A stretch of DNA of 63,998 bases, filler included, from Octopus bimaculoides (lineage: Eukaryota): assembly GCF_001194135.2 (NCBI RefSeq). It is 5 parts of 4 records of this genome, joined end to end, with 100 filler letters (N's around TTAATTAATTAA, not from the genome) between each part and the next. Parts side by side here need not be neighbours in the genome. Positions count along the whole stretch, not along the records: positions 20,996 to 30,653 come from NC_068983.1; positions 30,754 to 44,409 come from NC_068985.1; 3 more parts are not named here. One strand, given 5' to 3'. Shown here piece by piece: positions 24,852-38,702 of this stretch. The notes beneath the pieces are model-generated. The model searched no databases, was not told where the DNA came from, and was given only the letters and a program-made list of their open reading frames with translations. The position numbers and the translations under genes were made by a program. Each line of letters opens with the position of its first letter. The stretch's first letter is position 1.

Positions 24852-25179
24852 AAGAATGACAGCCTTCACATCACATATCACTAAGTCAGAACTGGAAAAC
24901 TGCTGCAACTAGTCGGAATACAACCCAGCGGTGAACTCATCCAGAGTCAACATGGCATTCTAGGCAGAGAATCCTTCCACCAATCCTTTCCTTTTGTTGT
25001 CCAGCACTTTGGAAATTTCCGACTTGCATGCATTGGTGATGCAGTGGGCATCACAGATACAGGCTTTAACAGAGCAGATACAAATCCTATTGCTTGATAT
25101 CCCGCGTTAAAGTAACAGCCGATTGCGTTGATTTGGTAGACGGTCCCGAAGCCCGAGTGCTACCCGTAATTCGCAGGAA

Positions 25180-28100
25180 ATTTGTGGGTACCACCGAAAA
25201 TTTGGAACATGGGCACATAAATGCATGATTCCATGCTCATTTTTAGCATCCCATTCAGGAAACGACACAGCCAGTAATTGAACGTAATGGAAGTTCCTGG
25301 CTCTCACCCGCAAAGCCGCCTGTTTTTCATTTGCGATCGTGTAACAGGCATACGTTTCCTTGTTGACATCGGTGCGGAAGTCAGCACTTCAGGCAAAAGA
25401 AAAGACACCTGTCTGTCTTCAGGTAGTCAATCACTCATCGATTCCAACCTACGGGGAACAGTCCCTAATACTTAGGACTACGCCGCACCTTCCACTGGGT
25501 ATTCGTCATCGCTAAACTGCCGAGCCCTATCTTAGGAGCCGATTTCCTTCATCATTTCAGTCTCCTGGTAGATATCAAACACAGAAGGCTTGTCGACAGT
25601 ATCACTCACCTTACTGTGCACGGTATAACCACTCGTATGGCTACAGTCAGCCCAACCATTTTGCAAACAATGACAATCCATCACAGTGCTATCCTTAAAG
25701 AATACCTGGACGTCGCTTTACCAGTATTCCATAGTAAGCCTATCAAGCATAAAGTCACCCACCACATCAAGATCCGCGGTCCACCTGTTGCTGCACGACC
25801 CCGAAGGTTACCACCAGATCGTCTCAAGGCCGTCAAGCTAGAATTCCAACACATGCTCGACCTCGGAATCATCCACCGTCCAGCAGCAACTGGTCCTCGC
25901 CAATACATTACATTCCTAAAAAGTCATCAACCGATTGGCGAGTTTACAGTGATTATCGATTACTAAATAACTGTACTGTACCTGATGCATATCCTGCCCC
26001 AATCTACAGAACTTTTCTATCTCACTGCATGGAGCTCGCATCTTTTCAAAGATCGACCTTGTGCGAGCTTACAATCAAATCCCAGTAGAACCTGCGGATA
26101 TTTCAAAGACTGTAGTCACGACACCCTTCGGAATGTTTGGATTCTTGCGTATGCCTTTCGGTTTATACAACGTGCCACAGACGTTCCAACGTTTTATAGA
26201 CACAGTTACCAGAGGTTTGCCTTTCGTCTATGCATATATAGACAACGTACTCGTGGCCAGTAGCTCAGACAAAGAGCATGATCAACACCTGCACCTGCTA
26301 TTCCAACGCCTACGTGAATATGGTATTGTTATCAACCCCAGCAAGTGTTCGTTCGGATTTGTGTTCCTTCATCTTCTCGGCCACATCGTCGATAAGGATG
26401 GCATTCGCCCACTTTTCCCAGAAAGTCAAAACCATCGTGGATTTTCCACTACCCACATCTCTCTGCAAATTGCAGGAATTTCTTGGCTTGGTGAATTTCT
26501 ACCGGAGATTTTTACCCCACTGTGCGGAGACAGCCCAATCGCTCACAGATTTGCTGCGACAGTGAACATGCAAAAATACAAACATTGCCCTGAGTAAAGA
26601 ACAACTTGCCTCTTTCGCTTACTTGAAAAAACAGTTATCCAACGCTACTATGCTGGTGTATCGCAAACCTGACGCCCACTCCGATTCCGGAGTCAGAGGC
26701 GTGCTCCAACAACTTACTGGCAGTATTTGGCAACCTGTATTCTTCTTGTCCAAGCGCTTAAAACCCGCAGAGACTAAATACAGTACCTTCAGTCGAGAAT
26801 TACTGGCAGTGTCAAGCATTTTCGACACATGCTGGAAGGTCGCGTTTTCTCCATTTATACCAACCATAAACCGCTGGTTTATACCTTCAACGCCAAGCCT
26901 GATCGTCACTAACCCAGAGAAATCCGACATCTAGACTTCATGTCACAGTACACAACAGACATTCGTCACATCAAGGGTGCAAACAACTCTGCAGCTGATA
27001 CCCTGTCACGCATGGAGCTTAACGCTATCCGCACCACTGCTACCATTGATCTCCAGCAGATTGCAGCTGATCAACAAGATGAAGAAGAACTATTACAGCT
27101 CCGGAATTCGTCATCTCTGAAATTTCAGCAATCACCGATACCCTCTGCTATAGCCTATATTTGGTGCGACACCTCCACCGGTCATGAACGTCCATATGTG
27201 CTGCAGAAACATAGACGTGCTGTTTTCTCTGCTTTGCATCCCCTAGCACATCCTGGTGTCCGCGCCACACAAAAGCTGATATCGACTCATTTCATGTCGC
27301 CCAACATCAACAAGGACGCTCATGATTGGGCTAGGACCTACGTCGCGTGCCAAAAAGCAAAGGCTCACCGACACATTAAATTTCCCATCGATTCCTTTGC
27401 AACTTCAGATGCACGTTTTCAACACGTGCATATCGACATCGTTGGATTCTTGCCTCCTTCCAACAACTGCACTCACCTATTCACCTGTGTTGACAGATGT
27501 TATCGCTGGCCGGAAGCTTTTCCCCTATCGGTCACTTCCACGGAAACTGTCGCCAAAACGTGAGTGTTTCACTGGGTTTCGCTTTTCGGCACACCCGCGA
27601 CGATCACCACTGACAGAGGACGTCAGTTCGATTCTCACCTTTTCACCGAGCTGACTCGTTTCCTCGGGTGTAAACACCCCACAGCAAACGGCATAGTCGA
27701 ACACTTTCACCCCCAACTCAAGGTGGCTGAGAGTTGGACACATTCCGGCTGAACTGGTCTATGGCACGGCATTCGCCTTACCTGGGTAGATGATCGACCC
27801 TGTTTCACCACAAGACTATCCGGGCCCAGCAAAATATGTCTACTGCTTACGGATATCTATATCACATTTGTCCCCTGCAGGCCCCAGACAACAGAACGTC
27901 ACTTCACATGTCCAAAGGCCATCAATAATTGGACGCCACCATATTCCGGGCCCTACAAAATAATTCAAAAAGAACCAAGTATTTCGTTCTCGATATTAGA
28001 GGAAAACGAGATACTGTGTCTGTTGATTACTTTAAAAAAGCATTCGTCGAAGAGGACTTACTTTCAGTTCCCACCATTCCTCAAACGGACTCAACAACTT

Positions 28101-28200
28101 CTGTTACACCCATCGCAAACACCTCAGATTCTACACAGCCCCAGTACACCAAATCGGGAAGAACAGTTCGAGGGCCCGCAAAATTTGTTCAAGTCTTTCG
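25180..28200 (+). pseudogene. Gypsy gag-pol remnant (frameshifted)
   Basis: CWYHRKFG...KC..PC (gag end); FLVDIGAEVS (protease); YNQIPV...TPFG...MPFGL...YIDN (RT, YxDD mutated); FLSKRL...YSTFSRELLAV (RNase H); HPGVRAT, VHIDIVG, TTDRGRQF (integrase); TKSGRTV C-terminus. Confidence 0.92.
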
Positions 28201-28925
28201 AGTAAGTACAAACTTTTCACCTACTCGTCTTCTCAATTGAAAAGTTCACAATGTCCACATCAACAAAAAAATTTTTTTTTTCTTATGGCTATGAACAATT
28301 GCGACATACATAACCCAAGTGACTCTGCATCACGCGCATACAAACCAAAACAAAACAAAGAACATTTTGTATTAAGAAGAAAAAAACATTTTAATTTTTA
28401 TGAACATTGTTCTGCTAATTGAACTGACTGAACATTTCACCAACATACTTTTTGCGTGAACATTTTCATTTTTCTGTAAAATTATATTTTCTTACATGTA
28501 CATTTCTTTTGCTTTGTTTTTAAAATGTTTTGCTCTCTACCTCACACCTGCATGCTTACACACACTTGCACCACTCATATTTTCATGAGTACTATCACTT
28601 GCTCTCCGCACCACTGAAAGACAACTTACCTCTAGTGGATCGCGTGATCAATACAGTTGTATATCTTTATCAACGCGCCAGCATATTACATTTATGCTTC
28701 TGCCTAGGCATATACACATCGGTTAACACATATTGCACACACCAACTCTGTACGTTGATTATTTGCTTTATATTTTTATTTTTCATTTCTTTCACTTCTC
28801 AAGTTTTTGCCATGTATTCATTTGTTTGTAAATGACATGGTCTCCATTTTTCCGCATTACACAAAAACTCACACATTTTCATTAAAACATGCATCTGTAT
28901 CGTTCGATCTCTGTGGCTTTTTCAC

Positions 28926-28938
28926 TAGAAGGTGGTAC
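28926..28938 (+). promoter_or_regulatory. Degenerate polypurine tract
   Basis: TAGAAGGTGGTAC immediately before the TGT start of the 3' LTR. Confidence 0.55.
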
Positions 28939-29553
28939 TGTAAAAACTAACACTTCCTTTTTCCGAGCTGAGATTCGAAAACGAATCTAAGGATTCTCGC
29001 TCGTCTGATCCACCACTGGCCAAACAGGCGCGAAAGAAATTTCTGTCCTGTCAAAAAGTGATGGATGAATTTCCCTTCGACCTGAGCTGTGTCATTTAAG
29101 GTTCAAGTGGACAGGAGGCGAGCTACATAGGTAAGAACTATTCTTGTGGTATGTCTGTCCTTCTAGTTGTCATGACCATTATAAATACAGTCAGACATAC
29201 GATAGAGTGCAGATAGCCATAACCAGGCAAACGATCAAGAGACAAGCAGCAGTTAACTTGCGCCAGTCAAGCAACCAACATAGAACCACATATTTAGCAT
29301 GAACAACCCAACTCAGTAGCAGTCGCAGAACATAAACAGACACGACCGAATGACCAATGCACACACAGACACAAAATATGTCCGGTTCTACCTCATCACA
29401 TCGCCAACTCAAAGCAAGTTGGTAATGTCATCTAGAGGGTGGAGGGTTTTCTAGTGTATACGACACGTAAATGCAAGTGTCGATTAAATAAATTATCTAA
29501 ACCACAATCCAATGCTTTCCCTTTGTTTTACTTTGATGTCATCCAAATGCCTA
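28939..29553 (+). repeat. 3' LTR (lacks the last ~47 nt seen in the 5' LTR)
   Basis: Starts TGTAAAAACTAAC; homology with the 5' LTR stops after ...ATGCCTAT. Confidence 0.8.
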
Positions 29554-30081
29554 TGTAATAGTTTGATAGTTGTCATAGAGACTTTAGTCTCTCTCTATCA
29601 CCCTTCAACAGCATTTTTAATGAAGAGACATTAGAACAATTAACAACATAATAAAAAAAGTTTTATTTATGACTATGATGCTTGGTTTCACAATTCCTGT
29701 CATTCTGCTTAGCCGTCGCTGATTTAGATGTAGCTTGGTAATGGAATGTTAAGGTCTTCCTTGATGCCTGCCAGAGAACAGAGTAGCTATCACATCGATA
29801 GCATCATGGTGAAAAGTGCTTCGTGGAGGAGCGGCTGTAGATATACAATGAAAAAGAAACAATTCGTTAATCCAGAGAATGAAAAATAATATTCCAGCGG
29901 CACAAGTCAAGTTCAGCTTGGTAAATGTTGTTGGCTGTAAAATTTTTTTTTTTGCTTACGTCACTGCAGTCCCTTTATTACTTGTGATTGATGCAGTGGC
30001 GCAAGAAATGTCTGAGTGTTCAGCACTAATAGGGAAAAACACAGTTTGAGCCTATAGGAAAGTTGGACATACATCATTAGA

Positions 30082-30653
30082 TGTATACCTGACTTTCCTA
30101 TATAAAATTAAAGAATATAACGGAACGCTGAACTCCAGACTATCAACTTATACAACTTTTATTCAGGTGGTAAATATATACATCTTTAGCTCTTGTTGAC
30201 AGTTGTTACAGCTTCTGTGTGTGTGAGCATAGTTGTTGGGGCGTTGTTATGTAGATGTGAGCGAGCTGTCGAGTGTAAGTCCGAAAGATGGAGAGTGACA
30301 GCTATACACGTAAAGAGACTGTCTCCAGGTTGGAATGTTGGAGACACTGCTTGACACGTCCATGCTCATGGTCGGCCGACCGAGAAAGAGAAAGATTAAA
30401 GCGGGAACGCTTGGCTGTTTAATTCCACGCATGCGTGAGACCACGCATGCGCACGGCGTTACTACAAGCCTTTTTTTTTACAAAAGGAATGCTGAAAAAT
30501 GCAATAATATGCAATGCAGTCAAATATAAATTGTCTTGGAGAGTTTCTTCGGCCAGTGCACTGTACGGCCAGACCTAGTGACATAGGGTTCACTTGTGGT
30601 AGTTCTCAACGATGAAGGTGGAGTTTTCACAGGTGTATGTGTTGGTGATGGTA
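30082..30653 (-). mobile_element. 3' end of a third Gypsy element (integrase C-terminus + 3' LTR)
   Basis: Minus frame PSPTHTPV...PYVTRSGRTVHWPKKL* (stop at 30520-30522), A-rich purine tract, then a 385-bp TGTAGT...TATACA segment (30466-30082) with AATAAA. Confidence 0.7.
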
Positions 30654-30753
30654 NNNNNNNNNNNNNNNNNNNNNNNNNNNNNNNNNNNNNNNNNNNNTTA
30701 ATTAATTAANNNNNNNNNNNNNNNNNNNNNNNNNNNNNNNNNNNNNNNNNNNN
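30654..30753. other. Artificial scaffold spacer
   Basis: 44 N + TTAATTAATTAA + 44 N. Confidence 0.95.
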
Positions 30754-31022
30754 TATATATATTTATATATATATATATATATACACAAACACACACATAT
30801 ACACTCACGCTGTCTACTTCATGTGAATATATTTATATACAGATATACATATACATACCCAAACAACCACACACAGATATTTACTCAAAGATGTATGCAT
30901 GCCGCCGTACACATACTCCGATGATCACAAATACATGCATTCACATATGTACAGACAACATATATATATTTGTGTGTGTGCGTGTGTGTGTGTGTATGGA
31001 TGTGTGTGTGTATGGATGTGTG

Positions 31023-31055
<33 letters not shown>

Positions 31056-31799
31056 TTATATATATATATTTGCATATATAGACATACATGCATACAAACA
31101 TACATACATAGTAATCTCACATACACATACACACACACACGCGCGCGCCCACACACACGCACGCCCACACACACGCGCGTCCACACACACACACACAAGC
31201 TAACTGGTACATACTACAGCAGACATGTGCGCATTCAAGTGTTAGTCAATGGTTTTGCGTGTCTTCTCGTTTCTCCAGTTCCCCGTTTCGCACCTCCTCG
31301 GCCATTATTATTTAAACTTCGCTCATGGGAATCCGTGAATATGGCACCAATATGGAATGTTAGCATGAATGAATAACATTTGTATGGCAAATCATATTTT
31401 TCCACCAGCCATGAATATGTATGCCATTTATGATTATATTTGCGTATGTGCGTGTATGTGTGAATGTGTATGCGTTCGTGTGTGTGCGGGGGCGCGCGTG
31501 TATGTGTGTGTGTGTGTTTGTGCGTTTGTGTGTGTGTCTGTGTGTGTGTGTACATGTGTGAATCTCGTCCTGGTAAAATATATTTAGCTCCATAATTACT
31601 TATCGCTCCAAAGACTCATTTCCTTGCCATTTCAACCAAAATCGACATGATACCTAATATTAATTCTTTCCGCTAAAAACTAACTCCTTATATTCATATT
31701 GGAAAGAAAGAGAGTGAAGCAAGATGTTGTGACGTTCATACTTTACATCCAGAGCTCGGAAGGTATAAGTGAAACGAAATGGTTTTGAAATCAAATCAA

Positions 31800-32505
31800 A
31801 AACTAGGTCAGTTTCTTGTCTCGATTACAAATTTCCTCGATTCTAACTCTGAGTCACCCTAATAAATTTGCTGCCTTGTGGGAACGGGTGCTGAAAAATT
31901 CCTGGCATTGGGTAAAAGAAATTACATGTGGATCAGTTAATTACGATTTTATTCAACATATTCTCATCTCAGATTCACACAATTATTGTAGCGGTCCTTC
32001 AGTTTTTCTAATCCCTGTAAAAGAATTCGGAAGGTTGGACCTCCGGCTAGGCCTTTCGCGAAACCCTGAGAGCCAACAATTTTCAGCACCTCCCCGTAAC
32101 TGTATACATGTCCATAGTACTGGAACTGTGATCTCTCAATGCGGAGAAATTGCGGTTCAGCAGGGAGAGATTCCCTGGTCATTGAATTACACACCCTTTC
32201 GAGTAACGTTGCACCAGTAATCCATCGGAGAAACCCCACGTTAACCCCTTGTATTCACAGTCATACTCTTTCAGTCATTATTCAACATTCTGAACTATAG
32301 GTGAATGTTGGCACGGAATTGAATTCAAGATGGACAAATTTTCTGAGGATTGAGTGCTAGAAACAGCGCATTATTGTGTTAGCATCTGCAATTCAATCAT
32401 CCAATTGAACCACCCGCTTTCCATCATTCATGAATACTGCCGCGAGATACTTAAATTTTTCCACTTGTCTCAGTGACTATGCAGAGTGCACTGGAAGCAC
32501 TCCCT
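31800..32505 (-). pseudogene. Decayed RTE-clade LINE RT C-terminal/3' fragment
   Basis: QVEKFKYL...PTFTYSSEC...MGFLRWITG..LLERV.NS..RE.L.AEP..LRIERSQ..YYGHV. Confidence 0.8.
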
Positions 32506-33559
32506 TGAGAGGGATCATGCCGCGTTCTTCGCAACACTAATTCTTGGGATTTGAATGGCGCTTGAAAGACTAGGCTCGCCAGACGAATTCTTCAAGCCGA
32601 GCCAACCGGCAGGAGACCTACAGATCGACCAAGGATGGGACGGCTGGATAATATCTACAGTCTAAGTTGGTAATGTTTGGGAATCTAGTTGGACAGTGCA
32701 AAGACAGTTACTTCTGATTGAACACCATGGGGAAGTTGCCTGGGAAGTCTATCCACTCACCTTCCCTGGAATAGTGAACGGAGAAAATGGATGGATGGAT
32801 GTACGGATGGTAGCAGTACGCAAATCCTGTATTTTCTTTTTAAAAGGAGGACGGAACTGCGTTGTAGAGTTAATGTTTTCCGCAAGGCTACTTCACTGCA
32901 TCGGCTTAATCTTTTGACCAGCTTTCTGCCTTGCCTTGCTACGGACACTCAACTCTTTGATGGAATCGCAGGGATTTCATAAACTCCTTGATGTAATCAT
33001 TATATAGAGCGTGTTTTCGACACGTGATGATCTGGTAGAGCCATTCTTCTCCAGGTCAGACTAAATCTGACGTCTTCCAAAAAGAGAGAGACAGACAATC
33101 AAAAAGTAACAGAGAATGAGAAAATAGAAGAATCAAATTCAGTACTTGACTGGTACTTCATTTATCGACCGCGAAATGTTGAAAGTCATAGCTGATCTTG
33201 GCGTGATTTGAACTCCGTGCCTATAGAACGTATGATTAAAACCAATATTTTCCGAAAAGAGAGAGAGACAGAGAAAAGGAGGGAGTGAGAAAAATAGAAG
33301 AATCAACTTCAGTGAAGAACTGGTACTTTATTTTATCGACTCCGAAAAAATGAAAATAAAGTTGATCATGGTGAGATTTGAAATCTTCACATACAGAGCA
33401 GAACAAAATCGCAGAGTAATTTATCATGAGCACTAACGATTTTCCGTAGTCATAGCACCACCAAAAGTTCCACTCTGTTATATGTATTCCGAGTAGAGCT
33501 CTGGTCAAAGGATAACTTCCCCTCACCAATTCCGTGGAGCTTACCTTCTTTGATTAAAC

Positions 33560-33925
33560 TGCGTGACTGTGAGGTTAAGAAGCTTGCTTCACAACCATGC
33601 GTGTGGTCTTAGGTTAAGCCACACTGCATATCAGCTGGCGAATACATTTCGTAGACAGACTGAAAGAAGCCCGTTGTATACACACACACACACACACACA
33701 TACGCACACACACACACACACACACACATATATGAGTGTGCGTGTGTTACCTACCACTAATTGATAATCGATGCTGGTTTGTTTACATCCTCGTAACATG
33801 ACGGTTCATCACAAGAATTCGACAGAATTATCAGGCTTTAAATATAAGTCCTAGGGTTGACTTGTTCGACGAAATTCTTCAAGTCGGTGCCCCAGCATGA
33901 CCGCGGTTCAAGTAAAAGATAAAAG
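33560..33925 (+). mobile_element. SINE family B with internal (CA)n
   Basis: Head GGTTAAGAAGCTTGCTT.CAACCA, central CTGAAAGAAGCCCGT + (CA)n, tail GGTGCCCCAGCATGACCGC. Confidence 0.75.
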
Positions 33926-34879
33926 ACAAAACAAAAAAGCATTAAAAACGGGGAAACAGAAATAGGAATGGACCTAGAAATCACAACAAATGATAAATAA
34001 ATATTGATTTGTCTTGATTAGATTTGATACTGAAAGAGAGAACAAGCACATTCAATTGAATCAACTCCTACAGACATTACGATATTTTACGTGCTGGATT
34101 TGTTCGCTCGGGAAAGATGAAAGATAAGAGAAATCCTTGTTGGGTTTTGATGACTAATAAAATATTTAAATAGCTACGGTAAAACACGCAGGCTGCATAC
34201 TGCCCTAATTTTCTTCTGCCCAATAAATTGGTAACTAAATATCCTTCATTTCGTTCATAATCACCAGACTGGCTCGACATCAAAAACAAAAAAAAGAAAA
34301 AAAAGAAAAAAAGCTAAATACAACTAACAACAATTTGTTAGAAGACTGGCTGTAGGCTGTGTCAGCAAATAAACAGTTGATAAAGTTTACAAAATCCTAC
34401 TATATAATTCATAATGAATTAAAAGCAGCGCTAGTGTTGTAAACATTATCGACCGCATATACTCAACATGTGTTTTGTTTGTTCGCCGGTTCACTGCCTT
34501 ATGACGTCTGGGGGTCGACTCCATAATAACGCTGAGAGTTAAACACCTGGCATACCGTGGCATACCACCAAATAGTTCTTACACTATTTGTATATAGTCA
34601 GAGATGGGCGGTTTGATTCGTCCTCTGTTCGATTGAGGTACGTGATGTTGATAAGCCACGATTTGGCAAAATGCCAGTTTTCATTACTCCTGAATTCGCC
34701 TTCTTGCCTGTCTAAGACTTACATGTGTTTTAACGCCCAGCATTATGTGGGAGTTATCTCTCAAGCACCACTCGCAGTGAACCAGTGAATAAACAAGATT
34801 CATACATTGAGTATGTGCAGTCGATAATGTATACCTATTATATAAATATAATATATATGTATATATCCATATACATACA

Positions 34880-34910
<31 letters not shown>

Positions 34911-36313
34911 GTATCTATTATGTATGTATGTATGTATGTTCTATAACGTTCTGCTAGCACCCTATGAATTATGTTTGTGAGGCATCAACATGCATCAGCA
35001 AATAATCTACAGGCTGATTTCTATAAAGAAGAACCTGTGTTCGTGTCAGACTCATTGGTCTTTTGAGTTAGTTTTGACTGAGATATCTCAAAGTCTCCTT
35101 ACACTGGTGAGTTGCGTGTGTTATGAACCTATATCGTCTAAAGAAAGATGTTCTCAGATGACGAAAACAACAGCGATCAGTATATTCACGTCCGAAACGA
35201 CCAGAAATTGCTGATAAGGAATGGAAACATTATGGCTTGGATTCTCACTGTTCTGCTTGAATTATTATCTGTCTGGAAGACATCAGCATGCATCAACAAA
35301 TAATTTGTTTGTTAATTTCTATAAACAAGCTCCCGTGGTTTTCTTAGGGTCGTCAGTCCGTTGGAGCGGCTTTGACTGAGAAGACACGCAATAAGGTCGG
35401 AACACTACATTGACTCAAAGATCCCTTATTCCGGTAAATCATAGTTGTTATTAACATAGAATGTCTTAAGACAGGATGTGTTTTCCATTGATGTAAACAA
35501 CAACGGTCAGATATTCACCTTAGAATCTGCCAAAACATATTGAGCATAAATAAATACGTTATTATTTGAATTTTCGCTGTTTTACGTGCGCCTCATGAAT
35601 TATTACTTATGAAAAGAAGGAGAGTGTAAATTTTTAGGAAATGACTTCCTCGGTGGAGTTAGAGGAAAGGGGTTTGTATTTCATTATTTCGTAATTGATT
35701 TACATGTTATGCCGGAAGGAAAGTATAACCCAGGCCATTTGAGAGTCACTCTGACCCAGGTAAGGTGGTTCTAACTTAACTTCAACATGAATGCCACAAA
35801 ATACCCAGAGAAAAAAATATATGTAGTCAGGAAGTAACACAACAATTGCAGAAGAGCTAGGATTGGACGAAAGATTTCGTACAGAGTCTACAAGAAATAG
35901 TGAGGGTGATAAGAGGAAAATAAATGGCTGGAATTAGGGAGCAAGAGAGAAGATGACTGAATTCCTATCACCACATTTCCATAAAAAAAAAAAGCAACAG
36001 CAATAATAAGAAAAGCAAACAGGTTCGCTCCAATGAGTCAGAGTTGTCTTTCCTTCACAGCACAGCAGTATCTCTCATCAAATTGTTATTAATAATTTTT
36101 ATGAGGTGTTCATGGTGCTTTTAGCTGTTTCTTTTTATTCAAAGTTGTCTTTAAGTTGTAATAGTGAGCAGTTATAGTCTGTCATATAATGTAATTAATG
36201 CTTAATTAGACATCGCAATTAAATTATTGCTCTTTATTGCTGCGGACGTAATGAAATGGCGGAATGCAAGAAATATTATTTAATAAAAGAAAAATAATGA
36301 ATAAATAGTAAAA

Positions 36314-36410
<97 letters not shown>

Positions 36411-36411
36411 G

Positions 36412-36459
<48 letters not shown>

Positions 36460-36530
36460 ATGATGATGATGATGTCGACGATGATGATGTCGACGATGAT
36501 GATGTTGGCGATAATAATGATTAATAATAA
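36314..36530. repeat. Compound (AGT)n(GGT)n(GAT)n microsatellite
   Basis: Direct reading. Confidence 0.95.
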
Positions 36531-36910
36531 TAATATTTCTGTTATTTGCCACAGAGTTATAAATGTCAGGACATCACAAAGACAGTCAAAGACAGTTTGT
36601 GTGAAGATGCACAGAAAAGAGAAGAAAGGAAAAAGACGGTGAAAGGAGATGAAATAAAATATGTCAAGTCATGACTGATGTTTGTGCTCCTCATGCTGAA
36701 GCGTCAGCTAAGGACAGTCAAGGAACCCCGCATATTCAGGATTAACCTGACCACCAAATGCAAGCGCCCTCATCCAACTGCTGCTCTCCAAACTAACAAC
36801 GCATGCCTAAATTAAGTCCATCCACCTTAACCATTTTTGTCACAGTCACATAGCTTTCCACAAACCTTTCCACAAACCTTTCCACAAATATATATGTATG
36901 TATATATATA

Positions 36911-36945
<35 letters not shown>

Positions 36946-37344
36946 NNNNNNNNNNNNNNNNNNNNNNNNNNNNNNNNNNNNNNNNNNNNNNNNNNNNNNN
37001 NNNNNNNNNNNNNNNNNAGAGAGAGATTTGACGCTAATATCCATTATTATTGTAATTTATTCCTATGTCAACATTTCTGTATAAAGCTATATTTAACCGT
37101 CAAATTTAAGTCAAACATATAAGTTACCTTACACGTCTTCAGGGAATACATTTGAGAACAAACAAAGCTCAAGAATAGGAGATCAATACCACATTTCTAG
37201 GAGTCTAATTTAGACTTTTTTGCGGTGAAATCTCTTGCTATATTGGTAACGATTACATGGTTTTCTATGAAAAATTATATATATATATATATATATATAA
37301 GTATGGTATTATATAGGACGCAGCGCGTTCCATTCAAACAGTTT

Positions 37345-37482
37345 CTTTCTACAAAATCCACTCACAAGCAACGGTCAATCCGGGGCTATTGTTTAAGATA
37401 CTTGTCCAAGGTAATGCGCAGTGGGACTGAACGTGAAACCTATGGCTGCAAAGCAAGTTTCTTAGCCACACAGCCATGCTCA
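37345..37482 (-). mobile_element. SINE family B, head fragment
   Basis: Reverse complement GGCTGTGTGGCTAAGAAACTTGCTTTG...GTTCAGTCCCACTGCG. Confidence 0.75.
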
Positions 37483-37710
37483 TTCTAGAACAAATCTCTT
37501 GTAAAATTGTTGAAAAGCAGACATCACGTTGAAAAATGGTAACCAGCCAGGCAGTAAAAGTGGCGAGATAGAATTGAGGAAAGAAATGGGAGGGTCTTCC
37601 CAGTAGATCCCCTACCACTCACTCGCTTTTCAATAACAGTGTAACGACCACCGTCACTGCCACCACTGTGCCTGTTAATGTTATAACCGGTGAAGTTGTT
37701 GTTGTTGTTG

Positions 37711-38152
37711 TTGGCACTCCGTCGCTTACGACGTCGAGGGTTCCAGTTGATCAGATCAACGGAACAGCCTGCTCGTGAAATTAACGTGCAAGTGGCTGAA
37801 CACTCCACANNNNNNNNNNGATCAACGGAACAGCCTGCTCGTGAAATTAACGTGCAAGTGGCTGAACACTCCACAGACACGTGTACCCTTAACGTAATTC
37901 TCGGGGATATTCAGCGTGACACAGAATGTGACAAGGTTGGCCCTTTGTATTACAGGCACAACAGAAACAGGAAGAGTGAGAGAAAGTTGTGGTGGAAGAG
38001 TACAGCAGGGTTCGCCACCATCCCCTGCTGGAGCCTCGTGGAGCTTTAGGTGTTTTCGCTCAATAAACACTCACAACGCCCGGTCTGGGAATCGAAACCG
38101 CGATCCTGTGACCGCGAGTCCGCTGCCCTAACCACTGGGCCATTGCGCCTCC
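37711..38152 (-). mobile_element. tRNA-derived SINE sharing the family D 3' module
   Basis: Head GGAGGCGCAATGGCCCAGTGG...GGTTTCGATTCC. 3' module (CGTGACACAGAATGTGACAAG, GCACGTTAATTTCACGAGCAGGCTG) matches 11700-11860. Confidence 0.85.
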
Positions 38153-38521
38153 ACGACCGGTGACAGTAACAACAACCATAATTGCAATTCCACCAACATC
38201 GTCACTAAGATCAGTAACAACGTGACAGCCATGCGACAGAAAACATCTGTCCAAATACGGCCACACTGACAAGCGCCACCGGCACCACCATTACCACTAG
38301 CAAGAACAACAACAACAACCACGGCTGTGACTATGGTAGCAACATAGTGCAACAATCAGAATGGCGCTTCCGTCAGATGCAACCAGCATGAAACGGCTAC
38401 AAACAGCTAACAGCCTGAACAACCAGCATCAACATTATCAGCAACATCAGCCGTAATAATAATAATGATTTATTTTATTGGCCACAAGGAGGGCAATATC
38501 AGCACACAAAACAAAAAACAA

Positions 38522-38556
<35 letters not shown>

Positions 38557-38641
38557 TAATAATAATAATAACAGGCAAGATGAAGAGAGCTCTTCGTCTA
38601 CTCTGTTTACTTTTGTGAAGAGTTACATCAGTCCTTTTAAA

Positions 38642-38689
<48 letters not shown>

Positions 38690-38702
38690 TAATAATAATA
38701 AT

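Larger units (their letters stand above)
24187..29553 (+). mobile_element. Near full-length decayed Ty3/Gypsy LTR retrotransposon
   Basis: Two homologous LTRs (~24187-24835 and 28939-29553), PBS, gag/PR/RT/RH/INT remnants in Gypsy order, PPT. Confidence 0.93.

Noticed and set aside
37754-37875. 56-bp direct repeat flanking a 10-N gap
   Set aside because: Exact duplication of contig ends within a SINE; assembly overlap artefact.
38080-38152. tRNA-like sequences (also 11545-11600, 50219-50334)
   Set aside because: They continue directly into SINE bodies and lack a complete cloverleaf, so they are SINE heads, not tRNA genes.
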